From an uncultured Candidatus Saccharibacteria bacterium (GTDB lineage: Bacteria > Patescibacteriota > Minisyncoccia > UBA6257 > Colwellbacteraceae), in contig CAZLHU010000003.1 of the NCBI GenBank assembly GCA_964559765.1, positions 1 through 42,226 on the forward strand: DNA of 42,226 nucleotides. Reading direction: 5' to 3'. Positions 1 through 8,134 of the stretch are shown here, piece after piece. The first letter of the stretch is position 1. Each line of letters starts with the position of its first letter. Under the pieces are notes generated by a model, which saw nothing but the letters and a program-made list of their open reading frames with translations, was not told the origin of the DNA and did not search any database. Both the position numbers and the translations under genes were made by a program.

Positions 1-68
1 TTTCTGCTAAAATAGGTTTGAAGAAAGAGGTAGAGCTGCGCAATAGGTAGGACAGGAAACTGTATCAC

Positions 69-96
69 AAAAAGCTCCGATTTATCGGAGCTTTTT
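69..96. terminator. Bidirectional intrinsic terminator hairpin
   Basis: AAAAAGCTCCGA-ttta-TCGGAGCTTTTT perfect inverted repeat with A/T tracts on both sides, just downstream of the minus-strand small ORF. Confidence 0.8.
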
Positions 97-124
97 CTTT
101 AATCTATTTACCACACTAATGAGT

Positions 125-289
125 TCATCGGTTCAGGAATCTCAAGAGGAAGGCCCCGAATATAAGAACTATTCCTACATTCGCCATAAGTCGGTACCAG
201 AACAGGTCCCTGAAGAACAAAATATCCACAGTGACTACGACGACTATCAGCAGCACAATAACGGCCGCTACAATGTATGAGGAGTGCAT
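125..289 (-). CDS. Small two-TM membrane protein (54 aa), below the ORF-track cutoff
   Basis: Manual translation MHSSYIVAAVIVLLIVVVVTVDILFFRDLFWYRLMANVGIVLIFGAFLLRFLNR*; two hydrophobic segments, A-rich upstream, followed by the 69-96 terminator. Confidence 0.7.
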   Translation of the reverse strand: MHSSYIVAAVIVLLIVVVVTVDILFFRDLFWYRLMANVGIVLIFGAFLLRFLNR

Positions 290-358
290 AGTTTTTTATG
301 ATTGATTTTTAATGACCTTTGTCGAACTCATATCTCCTCTAATGTATACCTAACGGCA

Positions 359-1549
359 TTAGACAACAACCGTACGCCCAGATTTTCTGACGGAGAAAAG
401 AAACAGGATAAGCCCGCCGACAACGACCAAAGTGGATGCGAAGAATGCGGCCCCAGAACCGTATGCCTGCCAGACATATCCGCCGCCGATACCCGCAAAT
501 AACGCCCCTAATCCTACGGCCGCGTTCAACCACCCTAACGCCCCGCCGCGTAATTCCTCGCCGCTCAATTGCGAAGCGAGCGACCGCTGGACGCCATCGG
601 TAAGCCCAGGGAAGAGACCGAAGACAAGGAATCCCCCCGCAAGCGCCCACGCCGATGAAACGTGCGCGATGACGAAATAGCTCGCAAGCAGGGCGGCGTA
701 ACCTATGGCGATGACGCTTGGTGCGCCGATCCGATCGCTAAGCTTGCCCGCAGGCAGCGAGAATATCGCATAGGAAAGGTTATAGACCATATAGAACAAC
801 GGGATATCGGCGATGATAAGGCCGATTGACTGGGTCTTTAAAAGGACCACGACGACTGGCAGGCTTCCGATGGACAGCACGAAGATCGCAAGTATGAATA
901 GCCTGAAACGGCTGGAAAGCCCGCGCCACGAAGCAAGAATGTTGCGCCGTCTGTTGCCGTTGATCAAAGTGATCGCAACATCAGAAACAAAGACCAGGGT
1001 TAAGACCGCGAGGATACCCACGATAAACGAGGTGATGAAAACCAGATTGAAATTCAGCGGAAAGGAACGCAGAAGTATGTATGCGACAAGTGGGCCGAGG
1101 ATCGCCCCGGTGGTATCCATAGCCCGGTGGTAACCGAACGATTTTCCTAGCTCTTCCTTCGGAGTGGAAAGCGAGATTATGGCGTCACGCGGGGCGTCGC
1201 GCACGCCCTTCCCCACCCTATCCAAGACTCGCAGGCCGAGGGCTTCGGCCACGGTCGACGCCAGGATGTAAAACGGACGGGTGACGACCGCAAGCGCATA
1301 CCCGAACACAATGAACGGCTTCCTTCTCTGGATCCAGTCGGATAGGTTGCCTGAATATATTTTAAAAAGGTCTGAGAACGCTTCCGCCACGCCGTCCACA
1401 AGGCCGAGCGAAGCCGCTCCGGCCCTCAGGACCGAAACAAAGAACGCCGGGAAGATGGAATAGACCATCTCGGAAGAGAAGTCGTTGAACAGGCTGGTCA
1501 GGCCCAGAAAGAATATGTTCTTAGGAAATCCAAGGATCCGTTCTTTCAT
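359..1549 (-). CDS. MFS transporter (396 aa)
   Basis: About 12 hydrophobic segments; MFS motif-A-like GNLSDWIQRRK and GKLSDRIG; DRVGKGVRDAPRDA motif. Confidence 0.9.
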   Translation of the reverse strand: MKERILGFPKNIFFLGLTSLFNDFSSEMVYSIFPAFFVSVLRAGAASLGLVDGVAEAFSDLFKIYSGNLSDWIQRRKPFIVFGYALAVVTRPFYILASTVAEALGLRVLDRVGKGVRDAPRDAIISLSTPKEELGKSFGYHRAMDTTGAILGPLVAYILLRSFPLNFNLVFITSFIVGILAVLTLVFVSDVAITLINGNRRRNILASWRGLSSRFRLFILAIFVLSIGSLPVVVVLLKTQSIGLIIADIPLFYMVYNLSYAIFSLPAGKLSDRIGAPSVIAIGYAALLASYFVIAHVSSAWALAGGFLVFGLFPGLTDGVQRSLASQLSGEELRGGALGWLNAAVGLGALFAGIGGGYVWQAYGSGAAFFASTLVVVGGLILFLFSVRKSGRTVVV

Positions 1550-1595
1550 GGATACTTATATTATCGCTCTAATGCCAAGTTTTCGGCAAAGGCAT

Positions 1596-2042
1596 TTAAA
1601 CCCCTATGATCTGAAGCGCGATCCTGCGCGGGCGGGAATCGTCTAGCTCCACGGCGAAAATTCTTTGCCACTCCCCCAACTGGAGCTGGTTCTTCGTGAT
1701 GTTCAGCATCGCGGATGTTGGGAGATGCAGGGCTTTATTGTGAGCATGGCCGTTCTTGGATTCGTTCGGGTGCATGTGCACAGTACGGATCTTAAAGTTA
1801 TCGTGAAGATATTTGGCAGTCCTCGGGGCCAATTTTTCCAAAAGTCTTTTCATGTCCATTATTAGCAAGGGCTCGGCTTCGTTGACGACTATAGACAGGG
1901 TGGTGTGAAGGCTCTGAATATTTATTATTCCCTCGGTTATACCGCTTTTCCTTATCTTATCCTGGATCTTCCCGGTTATGTCTATAAAATCCAGCGAGGC
2001 AGCGGTTTTCAGGCTTATTGTGTGGTTTATTATTTTTAGCAT
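1596..2042 (-). CDS. yjbQ: YjbQ/UPF0047 family protein (148 aa from ATG 2042)
   Basis: FIDITGKI, SLHTT, NGHAH and LQLGEWQRIFAVELD..R.R motifs; start moved to 2042 because an extended -10 lies inside the longer ORF. Confidence 0.85.
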   Translation of the reverse strand: MLKIINHTISLKTAASLDFIDITGKIQDKIRKSGITEGIINIQSLHTTLSIVVNEAEPLLIMDMKRLLEKLAPRTAKYLHDNFKIRTVHMHPNESKNGHAHNKALHLPTSAMLNITKNQLQLGEWQRIFAVELDDSRPRRIALQIIGV

Positions 2043-2069
2043 ATGGTTCCTGTCTGATAATCGTGTGAA

Positions 2070-2078
2070 ATTATAGCA
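2070..2078 (-). promoter_or_regulatory. Extended -10 promoter (TGCTATAAT) for yjbQ
   Basis: Exact TGnTATAAT on the minus strand 27 nt upstream of ATG 2042. Confidence 0.6.
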
Positions 2079-2131
2079 CGGCACGGCATTGGGCTGTTTA
2101 TATTTTTCATAGTTTGCGGGATAATTGAGCT

Positions 2132-2620
2132 ATGTCCAATACTTATATACGCCCCACGTGGGATGAATATTTCATGGAGGTCTGCCGAGCCGTGGCCAAG
2201 CGCTCCACCTGCGACCGTGGCCGCGCCGGATGCGTAATCGCGCGGGACAAGCAAATCCTAGTGACCGGCTACGCCGGATCGCCCAAGGGACTTCCCCATT
2301 GCGACGACGCCGGACACCAGCTGAGGACGGTAACCCACGAAGACGGCTCTCAAAGCACTCATTGTGTAAGGACGGTGCATGCGGAACAGAACGCCATAGC
2401 GCAAGCTGCCAAACTGGGAGTGGCAATCGCGGGAGCGACACTATATTGCAAAATGACCCCGTGCTCCACCTGCGCGAAGATAATAATCAATACGGACATA
2501 AAAAAGATCGTGTGCGAGAAGAAATACCATGCCGGCGAGGAGAGCGAGGAGTTGTTCCGACAGGCCGGGGTGGAGTTGGAACATTTTGAGAACTCCGTAG
2601 AAGGGTACGACAACCAATAA
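2132..2620 (+). CDS. dCMP deaminase/ComEB-like zinc-dependent deaminase (162 aa)
   Basis: RPTWDEYFM N-terminus, RSTC.R, HAEQNA and PCSTC zinc-binding motifs. Confidence 0.9.
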   Translation: MSNTYIRPTWDEYFMEVCRAVAKRSTCDRGRAGCVIARDKQILVTGYAGSPKGLPHCDDAGHQLRTVTHEDGSQSTHCVRTVHAEQNAIAQAAKLGVAIAGATLYCKMTPCSTCAKIIINTDIKKIVCEKKYHAGEESEELFRQAGVELEHFENSVEGYDNQ

Positions 2621-2736
2621 TAACGCCGTTCTTTTTGTATTTCGCCATTATTGGCTTATACACCAGACTATTGACGTCCGACGAACTTTGAGATGAGAAT
2701 GTGGATAGTTCGTCAAAAACAGAAGGAGGCAACAAG

Positions 2737-3777
2737 ATGGAACGTAGTTATTACCTACAACGTTGGAATGAGTGGCCATTGCCGGTCATGTCGGTTCCGA
2801 GCGAGCTGAATCCTTTCGAGGCCGATCGGGTCGATCTTTCCATAGCGATCGCGTATCACCTTCCATACGAGAACATCAAATTCCTGACCGTCTACGGCCT
2901 CCTACTTGGAGCCGAAGAGTCGGGAATACTTCGTGACGTCGACACCCTAGTGGAAGCCACATCGGGCAACACCGGGATCGTGCTCGCGTCCGAAGCCAAG
3001 TCATTCGGCAAGCTTCGCGTAAAACTTGTGGTTTCGCACGATCTGCCGGACGGCAAGAGATACCCCCTCATCATGGCCGGAGCTGAGCTTATCCACCCCG
3101 ATCCCAAAGTCGACGCCAGCGCAATCGCCATGGCAAGAAGACTGGGCGGAGGCGGATGGAAGGCCGAAGGATGGCATGCCGATAACGGCTGTCTCAACCT
3201 CGACCAATACGCCAACATGGACGGAACGAAGCTACACACCAGCTTCACCGGTCCAAAGATCATGGAACAGCTCGCTTACCCACCAACGCTTTTCGTCGCC
3301 GGAGTCGGCACGGGAGGAACGCTGGTCGGAGTCAGCAATTATCTCCGCAACAGGCTGAAAAAGATCAGGGTCGTGGGAGTTCTCCTAGCGCCAAAGCAGG
3401 AGATCCCTGGAGTCCGTGACCTTAACCGCATGAGAGAGATCACTCTTCCCTGGAAGGAATCTCTGAACGAGTCGGTCGAAATAATGACCAGACCGTCGTA
3501 TCTCGCCAGTCAGTGGTTCAATTGGCTGATGGGAATAACTCCCGGTCCAAGCAGCGGATTCGCCTATCTCGGCGCGCTCAAGTCCCTCTGGGGGCATAAG
3601 GCAGCCGGCACGCTCGATTCGCTGCGCGATGACAAGGGAAGGATCCACGCCGTGATACTGTTCCCGGACGGCAACCGTCCCTATGGCGACAGGTTCATGT
3701 CCAACCTACCTACCGAATATCTCAACCCCTCCACAGCACCCTTACCCTGGCAATTCCCCGGGGATGAACTCTGGTAA
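2737..3777 (+). CDS. Divergent PLP-dependent cysteine-synthase-family (fold type II) enzyme (346 aa)
   Basis: EATSGNTGI, DQYAN, GVGTGGT, IPG, GPSSG motifs; candidate PLP lysine in YENIKF; AAGGAGG SD at 2723-2729 supports start 2737. Confidence 0.8.
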   Translation: MERSYYLQRWNEWPLPVMSVPSELNPFEADRVDLSIAIAYHLPYENIKFLTVYGLLLGAEESGILRDVDTLVEATSGNTGIVLASEAKSFGKLRVKLVVSHDLPDGKRYPLIMAGAELIHPDPKVDASAIAMARRLGGGGWKAEGWHADNGCLNLDQYANMDGTKLHTSFTGPKIMEQLAYPPTLFVAGVGTGGTLVGVSNYLRNRLKKIRVVGVLLAPKQEIPGVRDLNRMREITLPWKESLNESVEIMTRPSYLASQWFNWLMGITPGPSSGFAYLGALKSLWGHKAAGTLDSLRDDKGRIHAVILFPDGNRPYGDRFMSNLPTEYLNPSTAPLPWQFPGDELW

Positions 3778-3793
3778 GGAATTATCTGAGGAT

Positions 3794-3824
3794 AGCCGTT
3801 GCACGCACAGTGCAACGGCTTTTC
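3794..3824 (+). terminator. Intrinsic terminator after the PLP enzyme
   Basis: AGCCGTTGCAC-gcaca-GTGCAACGGCT perfect 11-bp stem followed by TTTC. Confidence 0.7.
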
Positions 3825-3837
3825 TGTTATTATTAAT

Positions 3838-4917
3838 ATGCAACCAATGGACCATAAGGAAATACATCTGCCCGAAGACGCGCTGCCGCACGATAGCGTT
3901 ATCGAATGGTGGTACTTCAACGGCAATCTCAGAGATAAGGACGGAAATCGATATGCGTTCATGGATTGCCTCTTCAGAGCCGACGCCAAAAGAGTGAATA
4001 TCCCCATCCTAAAGCAGCCATTCAAAAACTTCAAAGATATTCCGTATGTCTATTCAGGACACTCGATAGTCTCCGACATCGACAGGCAGAAAAGCCATAA
4101 AGACCTACACACCATCTCGCTAATGTCCCGGGACAGTTTCACCCGTCCGATGCTTTACGCCAACTATCTCAATCAGCTTGATGTGGACGGATTTTCCACG
4201 AGCGAGATGGCCGAAACGGAGAAGGGGGCATTCCACATAAAGACGGAGAGAATGGACCTGTATCTGAGGTCCGGCGGAAAGCCGATACTCCACGGGAAGG
4301 GCGGGACCATATCTTTCTGGGGGCGGGAAAGCCGATATTACTCGATAACCGACCTCCATGCCGACGGAGTGATAAACGTCGAGGGCGAATGGGTGCGTGT
4401 GAAAGGCAAAGCCTGGATGGACCATCAATGGACCGATGCCGGATACCGCAAGGATAAATGGACTTGGTTTTCCGTGCAGCTGAACAGCGGCATGGATATC
4501 ATGTGCGCGGAATATGAAGTCGATCGGGTTAAGAATTATTTTTTGACTGTCATCGATCAAAATAGACGCGTGCGGCGATATGAACACTTCTCCATGGTAT
4601 CCGGCAAGGATGCATGGGAAAGCAAGAAAACAAAAGCCAAATATCCTACATCGTGGACCGTAAAGATTCCGGAGGAAGACATAGAACTGGACATACGCTC
4701 GGACGCGTCAGACCAAGAGATGATATTCGGCGATATAAATTATTGGGAAAGCCCTACTATCGTAAGCGCCGCCGTAGGCAAGAAGAGGATCAAGGGCGTT
4801 GGTTTTATGGAGCTGGTCGGGTATCCATCCGACTACAACGCACTTATTCTCGCCGGAAAGAACCTCAATACAAGAATCCAGGAACAGGCCGTCGCCCTGT
4901 TCAAAAAGGTCTTTTGA
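3838..4917 (+). CDS. AttH/CrtC-like lipocalin-fold protein (start 3838 or 3847)
   Basis: EWWYFNG, YYS, WMDHQW, W.WFS.QL and YWE motifs of the AttH/carotenoid 1,2-hydratase-like family; the TTG start at 3799 lies inside the terminator. Confidence 0.75.
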   Translation: MQPMDHKEIHLPEDALPHDSVIEWWYFNGNLRDKDGNRYAFMDCLFRADAKRVNIPILKQPFKNFKDIPYVYSGHSIVSDIDRQKSHKDLHTISLMSRDSFTRPMLYANYLNQLDVDGFSTSEMAETEKGAFHIKTERMDLYLRSGGKPILHGKGGTISFWGRESRYYSITDLHADGVINVEGEWVRVKGKAWMDHQWTDAGYRKDKWTWFSVQLNSGMDIMCAEYEVDRVKNYFLTVIDQNRRVRRYEHFSMVSGKDAWESKKTKAKYPTSWTVKIPEEDIELDIRSDASDQEMIFGDINYWESPTIVSAAVGKKRIKGVGFMELVGYPSDYNALILAGKNLNTRIQEQAVALFKKVF

Positions 4918-4926
4918 TAAGATCCT

Positions 4927-5544
4927 CTAGTTGTCGCTTGTTTCTGCAGACTCTCTCCGCCGCTTCGTCATTCGTCGATACATCCTGAAGAGGATGAACA
5001 TTATAACGCCCGTGGCAACGACGGCTGCGAATATGGTCAGCACGCTGGAGAAATTGTCCCAATAGACGCCTAGGACGTAACCTACGCACATAAGGACCAA
5101 TGGCTCTATCAGATCACCCAATAGGTCGGGTATAAAAAAGCTGAAGAATGGCACGCCCACAAACCCAGCTACAAAGTTGACTATTGAACTAAGGGATCCG
5201 GCGAATCTGGACGAGAATACCGTACTCACAGCATCCTGACGTAGCTCTTCTTCAAGCTGCAGGAAGAAGCGGGATTTATTTATCCTGAGCTTCTTGATCA
5301 CTATCTCACCGAACTTTCTGGTCGCCAGATAATCTGTAAGGTCCCCCAGCACATTCCCGGCAACAGCCGCAGTTAAAGACCCCCATAAATTAAAATATCC
5401 CTGACTTGAAAATGCGCCAACGGCGAGCATTGCCGCGTTGACTGGCAATGGCAGGATTATCGCACCGAAAAACTCGATTATAAAAATAGCCGCATACCTG
5501 TAGATAAGGACGTACGAAAGAACCGACGCAAGCAGGGAGTCCAT
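4927..5544 (-). CDS. DedA family membrane protein (205 aa)
   Basis: LPLP...MLAVGA, AAVAGNVLGD..DY, SRF and FFIPDLLG pattern of DedA/VTT proteins. Confidence 0.85.
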   Translation of the reverse strand: MDSLLASVLSYVLIYRYAAIFIIEFFGAIILPLPVNAAMLAVGAFSSQGYFNLWGSLTAAVAGNVLGDLTDYLATRKFGEIVIKKLRINKSRFFLQLEEELRQDAVSTVFSSRFAGSLSSIVNFVAGFVGVPFFSFFIPDLLGDLIEPLVLMCVGYVLGVYWDNFSSVLTIFAAVVATGVIMFILFRMYRRMTKRRRESAETSDN

Positions 5545-5551
5545 ATACCCG

Positions 5552-5959
5552 TTACTTCTTGTTGATCAGATAATCGCGCAGATCGGATTGGACCTCGCCT
5601 ATGAATACCGTCGCATTCATGCCCTCTGACCTTGCATATCCGGATATGGAAATCTGAGGATATCTGGAATCGGTAACAACCAGACTTGTCTTTAAAAACT
5701 CTGGGGGCAACTTGAATAACCTATTGATGTAGTCGAACGTCATCCAGGGGGCGATTATGCCAGCGTCATTTACCGTCATCGGACCGTGTGATTTCAAGAA
5801 GCTAGAAAATTGGATCTTTCTTATGTTTATATCCTCTGATCGTTTTATGTAAACGATTTCCCTGACCAAGAAGAACATCAGGATGACCAAAACAATGCCT
5901 AAAAAAATAAGGGCGTATTTAATGTAGGTTCTGAATCCGTTGTTCCCCAACTTGGCCAT
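5552..5959 (-). CDS. Single-TM hypothetical protein (135 aa), probably co-transcribed with the DedA gene
   Basis: N-terminal TM helix; WMTFDYINRLFKLPPEFLK segment; 7-nt gap to DedA. Confidence 0.7.
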   Translation of the reverse strand: MAKLGNNGFRTYIKYALIFLGIVLVILMFFLVREIVYIKRSEDINIRKIQFSSFLKSHGPMTVNDAGIIAPWMTFDYINRLFKLPPEFLKTSLVVTDSRYPQISISGYARSEGMNATVFIGEVQSDLRDYLINKK

Positions 5960-6004
5960 ATTATAAGTATAGCTCGGAAGATATTAGCTTAGACACTCAC
6001 GCCA

Positions 6005-7585
6005 CTAGCAACTCCCCTGACAGAGCTGCAGGCCCGAGCTTGATGCGGTTACATCAGTTTCGCTCTGGTACGGAGACGGCGACTGGCAGCTTGACGTGGC
6101 TGAAACGGTCGACGTTGAGATCGATCCCGACCACGACTGCTGCACACAGACCTCATTCCTCCATCTGGTTATATATTCCGGAAGGACAAGTGGCGTTATG
6201 CCATTCGAACTGACGGTGACGGTAACGAGTTCCGTTGAAGGGTCTATGTTTCCACCAGACGTTACGCAAGTAGTGGTCGAGGTACCTCCACTATCACTCA
6301 CTCCTGTTATGTTATTGGTCGAAGTTGCGCGACATACATTTTGCACGGTGAAATAGCGTGAAAAAGTAGCGGTGTTCAATGTTTTTATATCGGTTCCAGA
6401 AGCGATTGTCCACGACCCGCTCGTAGTCGTGGCGTAATAAGTATTTGCACCTCCACCAGTAGTAGTGACGTAGGTAATTACAAGCTCTCCAGCGCCTCCA
6501 GTGCCTCCATGCGAATTTCCAGCGCCGCCTCCTGCGCCAGGCTGACCCCCGTTTCCGGCAGTAGTTCCGCCCTCACCCGCATTGTCTCCACCACCGCCGC
6601 CAGAGTCAGAACCAGAACCATTTGTCCCGTTTTGAGCCGGGTTACCGGCAGCTCCGCCAGTCGCTCCGCCTGAGCCATTGGCGCCATTTAAATTTGAAGG
6701 AGCGTTATTCCCATTGCCAGTTGCGCCCGCTGATGATCCGCCGCCGCCATACTGGTTCGGATCAGCTCCGTTAGTCCCGGTTTGGATCGTTCCCCCGGTA
6801 CCCGCGGCCCCACCAGAATATGGACTGGAACCGCCGCTTGTGCTGTTGCTTCCCGTATTTCCAGATCCGCCGCCGCCTCCGCCGCCATAATATCCGCCAT
6901 ACCCCCCGCCTCCCGTTCCTCCAATTGAACTAGTAGCAGCGGTGGCGGTAGGCGTCCAAGCACCGGCACCGCCGCCTCCTGATGCAATATACGTCATACC
7001 GCTTACCGTAACCGATGTAGAACCTCCGCCTCCGCCGCCGGAGCCTAGAGCGTTACCCCCTGTCTCGAATGAACCATTGCCTCCAGACCTATAACCAGAA
7101 CCCCCAGCGCCTCCCGCAGTTGCGCCCGTTCCTCCACCTCCTCCGGATGCAATTATATAAGTGATATTATTACCCGGCGTTACGGCAAGGCCCGTTTCCG
7201 TCACATAGGCACCGGCGCCGCCGCCTATAGAGCTGAAAGTGGCACCTCCTCCGCCGCCTCCCCATAATTGGACCTGAACGGAGTTAACTCCTGCAGGTAC
7301 CTGCCAACTTCCCGAACCCGTAGTTGTTATGACAACCGTTGAAGTAGACGAACCCCCGCTTCCGCCGCCGGTTAGACTGGAAACGTTCTGCCATTGCTGG
7401 GTCGCAGCGCCAATCACCCCGGCCATCTCCTCTTGGGCCAACCCTAGAGCCGAATTATTGTTTGACGACGACTGATTGCCCTCAAGTGAGGCGTAGATAA
7501 GGCCGGCGCCCAAACCTAAAACTATCACAGCCACAGATACGGTTATAAGTATTTCTATAAGCAATTGTCCCGAATTATTTTTCAT
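6005..7585 (-). CDS. PilV-like minor type IV pilin with inserted glycine-rich domain (526 aa)
   Basis: Class III signal KNNSG|QLLIE with E5 and hydrophobic helix; about 300-aa Gly-rich block in the middle; RYFTVQNVCR...DPST..VTVTV...EYITRW pilin C-terminal part. Confidence 0.8.
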   Translation of the reverse strand: MKNNSGQLLIEILITVSVAVIVLGLGAGLIYASLEGNQSSSNNNSALGLAQEEMAGVIGAATQQWQNVSSLTGGGSGGSSTSTVVITTTGSGSWQVPAGVNSVQVQLWGGGGGGATFSSIGGGAGAYVTETGLAVTPGNNITYIIASGGGGGTGATAGGAGGSGYRSGGNGSFETGGNALGSGGGGGGSTSVTVSGMTYIASGGGGAGAWTPTATAATSSIGGTGGGGYGGYYGGGGGGGSGNTGSNSTSGGSSPYSGGAAGTGGTIQTGTNGADPNQYGGGGSSAGATGNGNNAPSNLNGANGSGGATGGAAGNPAQNGTNGSGSDSGGGGGDNAGEGGTTAGNGGQPGAGGGAGNSHGGTGGAGELVITYVTTTGGGANTYYATTTSGSWTIASGTDIKTLNTATFSRYFTVQNVCRATSTNNITGVSDSGGTSTTTCVTSGGNIDPSTELVTVTVSSNGITPLVLPEYITRWRNEVCVQQSWSGSISTSTVSATSSCQSPSPYQSETDVTASSSGLQLCQGSC

Positions 7586-7600
7586 AGATCTATTGATTTA

Positions 7601-8122
7601 CTAATAAATCGTTCCGGAAGGAGTGATCGTGACCGTGCTTGAGTCGTTGGAGTTATCGCCTATCGAAACCTGAAAATTGGAAGCTGAGCTGGTGGTCGTC
7701 CCAGTGGTATCCGTGAATATTATAGTACTGGAAGCGGCGACTCCGGAAGGATTTGAAAATACGACACCGGAGGGCAAATAGACTACGGTGGTGGTTACGG
7801 TGGAAGCCGAAGAGAAATTGTTGGCCGGTGTGTAAAATATGGTGTAGTAATATGGGTTCCTAATCGTACTGCTTGAGGATAAATTGGTGTATTGTATGCC
7901 CCAATTCTCTCCATACTCGCCGCTCATCGCCGCCTCTCTGGTAGTTTTGAGGTCGGATATTACATCTTCGCGGGCGGCATTGAATTGGACGGAGCTGACA
8001 AAAGACGTATATATGCCGAAGCTCGCTGTGGCCAAGATCATAATTATGCCTATGGCAAGGAGCATCTCGAGCAACGTGAACCCTCCTTTGCCCATAAGAA
8101 CTTTATTGTTACTGCAACCCAT
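7601..8122 (-). CDS. FimU/GspH-like minor pilin (173 aa; alternative start 8095)
   Basis: KGG|FTLLEMLLAIGIIMILA prepilin motif; C-terminal ITITPSG-type strand. Confidence 0.8.
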   Translation of the reverse strand: MGCSNNKVLMGKGGFTLLEMLLAIGIIMILATASFGIYTSFVSSVQFNAAREDVISDLKTTREAAMSGEYGENWGIQYTNLSSSSTIRNPYYYTIFYTPANNFSSASTVTTTVVYLPSGVVFSNPSGVAASSTIIFTDTTGTTTSSASNFQVSIGDNSNDSSTVTITPSGTIY

Positions 8123-8134
8123 ATGGCTTTTGGA

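Noticed and set aside
1-50. Possible 3' end of a plus-strand gene (SAKIGLKKEVELRNR*, stop at 48-50)
   Set aside because: Only 15 codons visible with no recognisable motif; cannot be supported
2132-4917. Deaminase + PLP enzyme + AttH-like protein as one biosynthetic operon
   Set aside because: A candidate promoter precedes the PLP gene and a strong terminator follows it, so the three genes look independently transcribed
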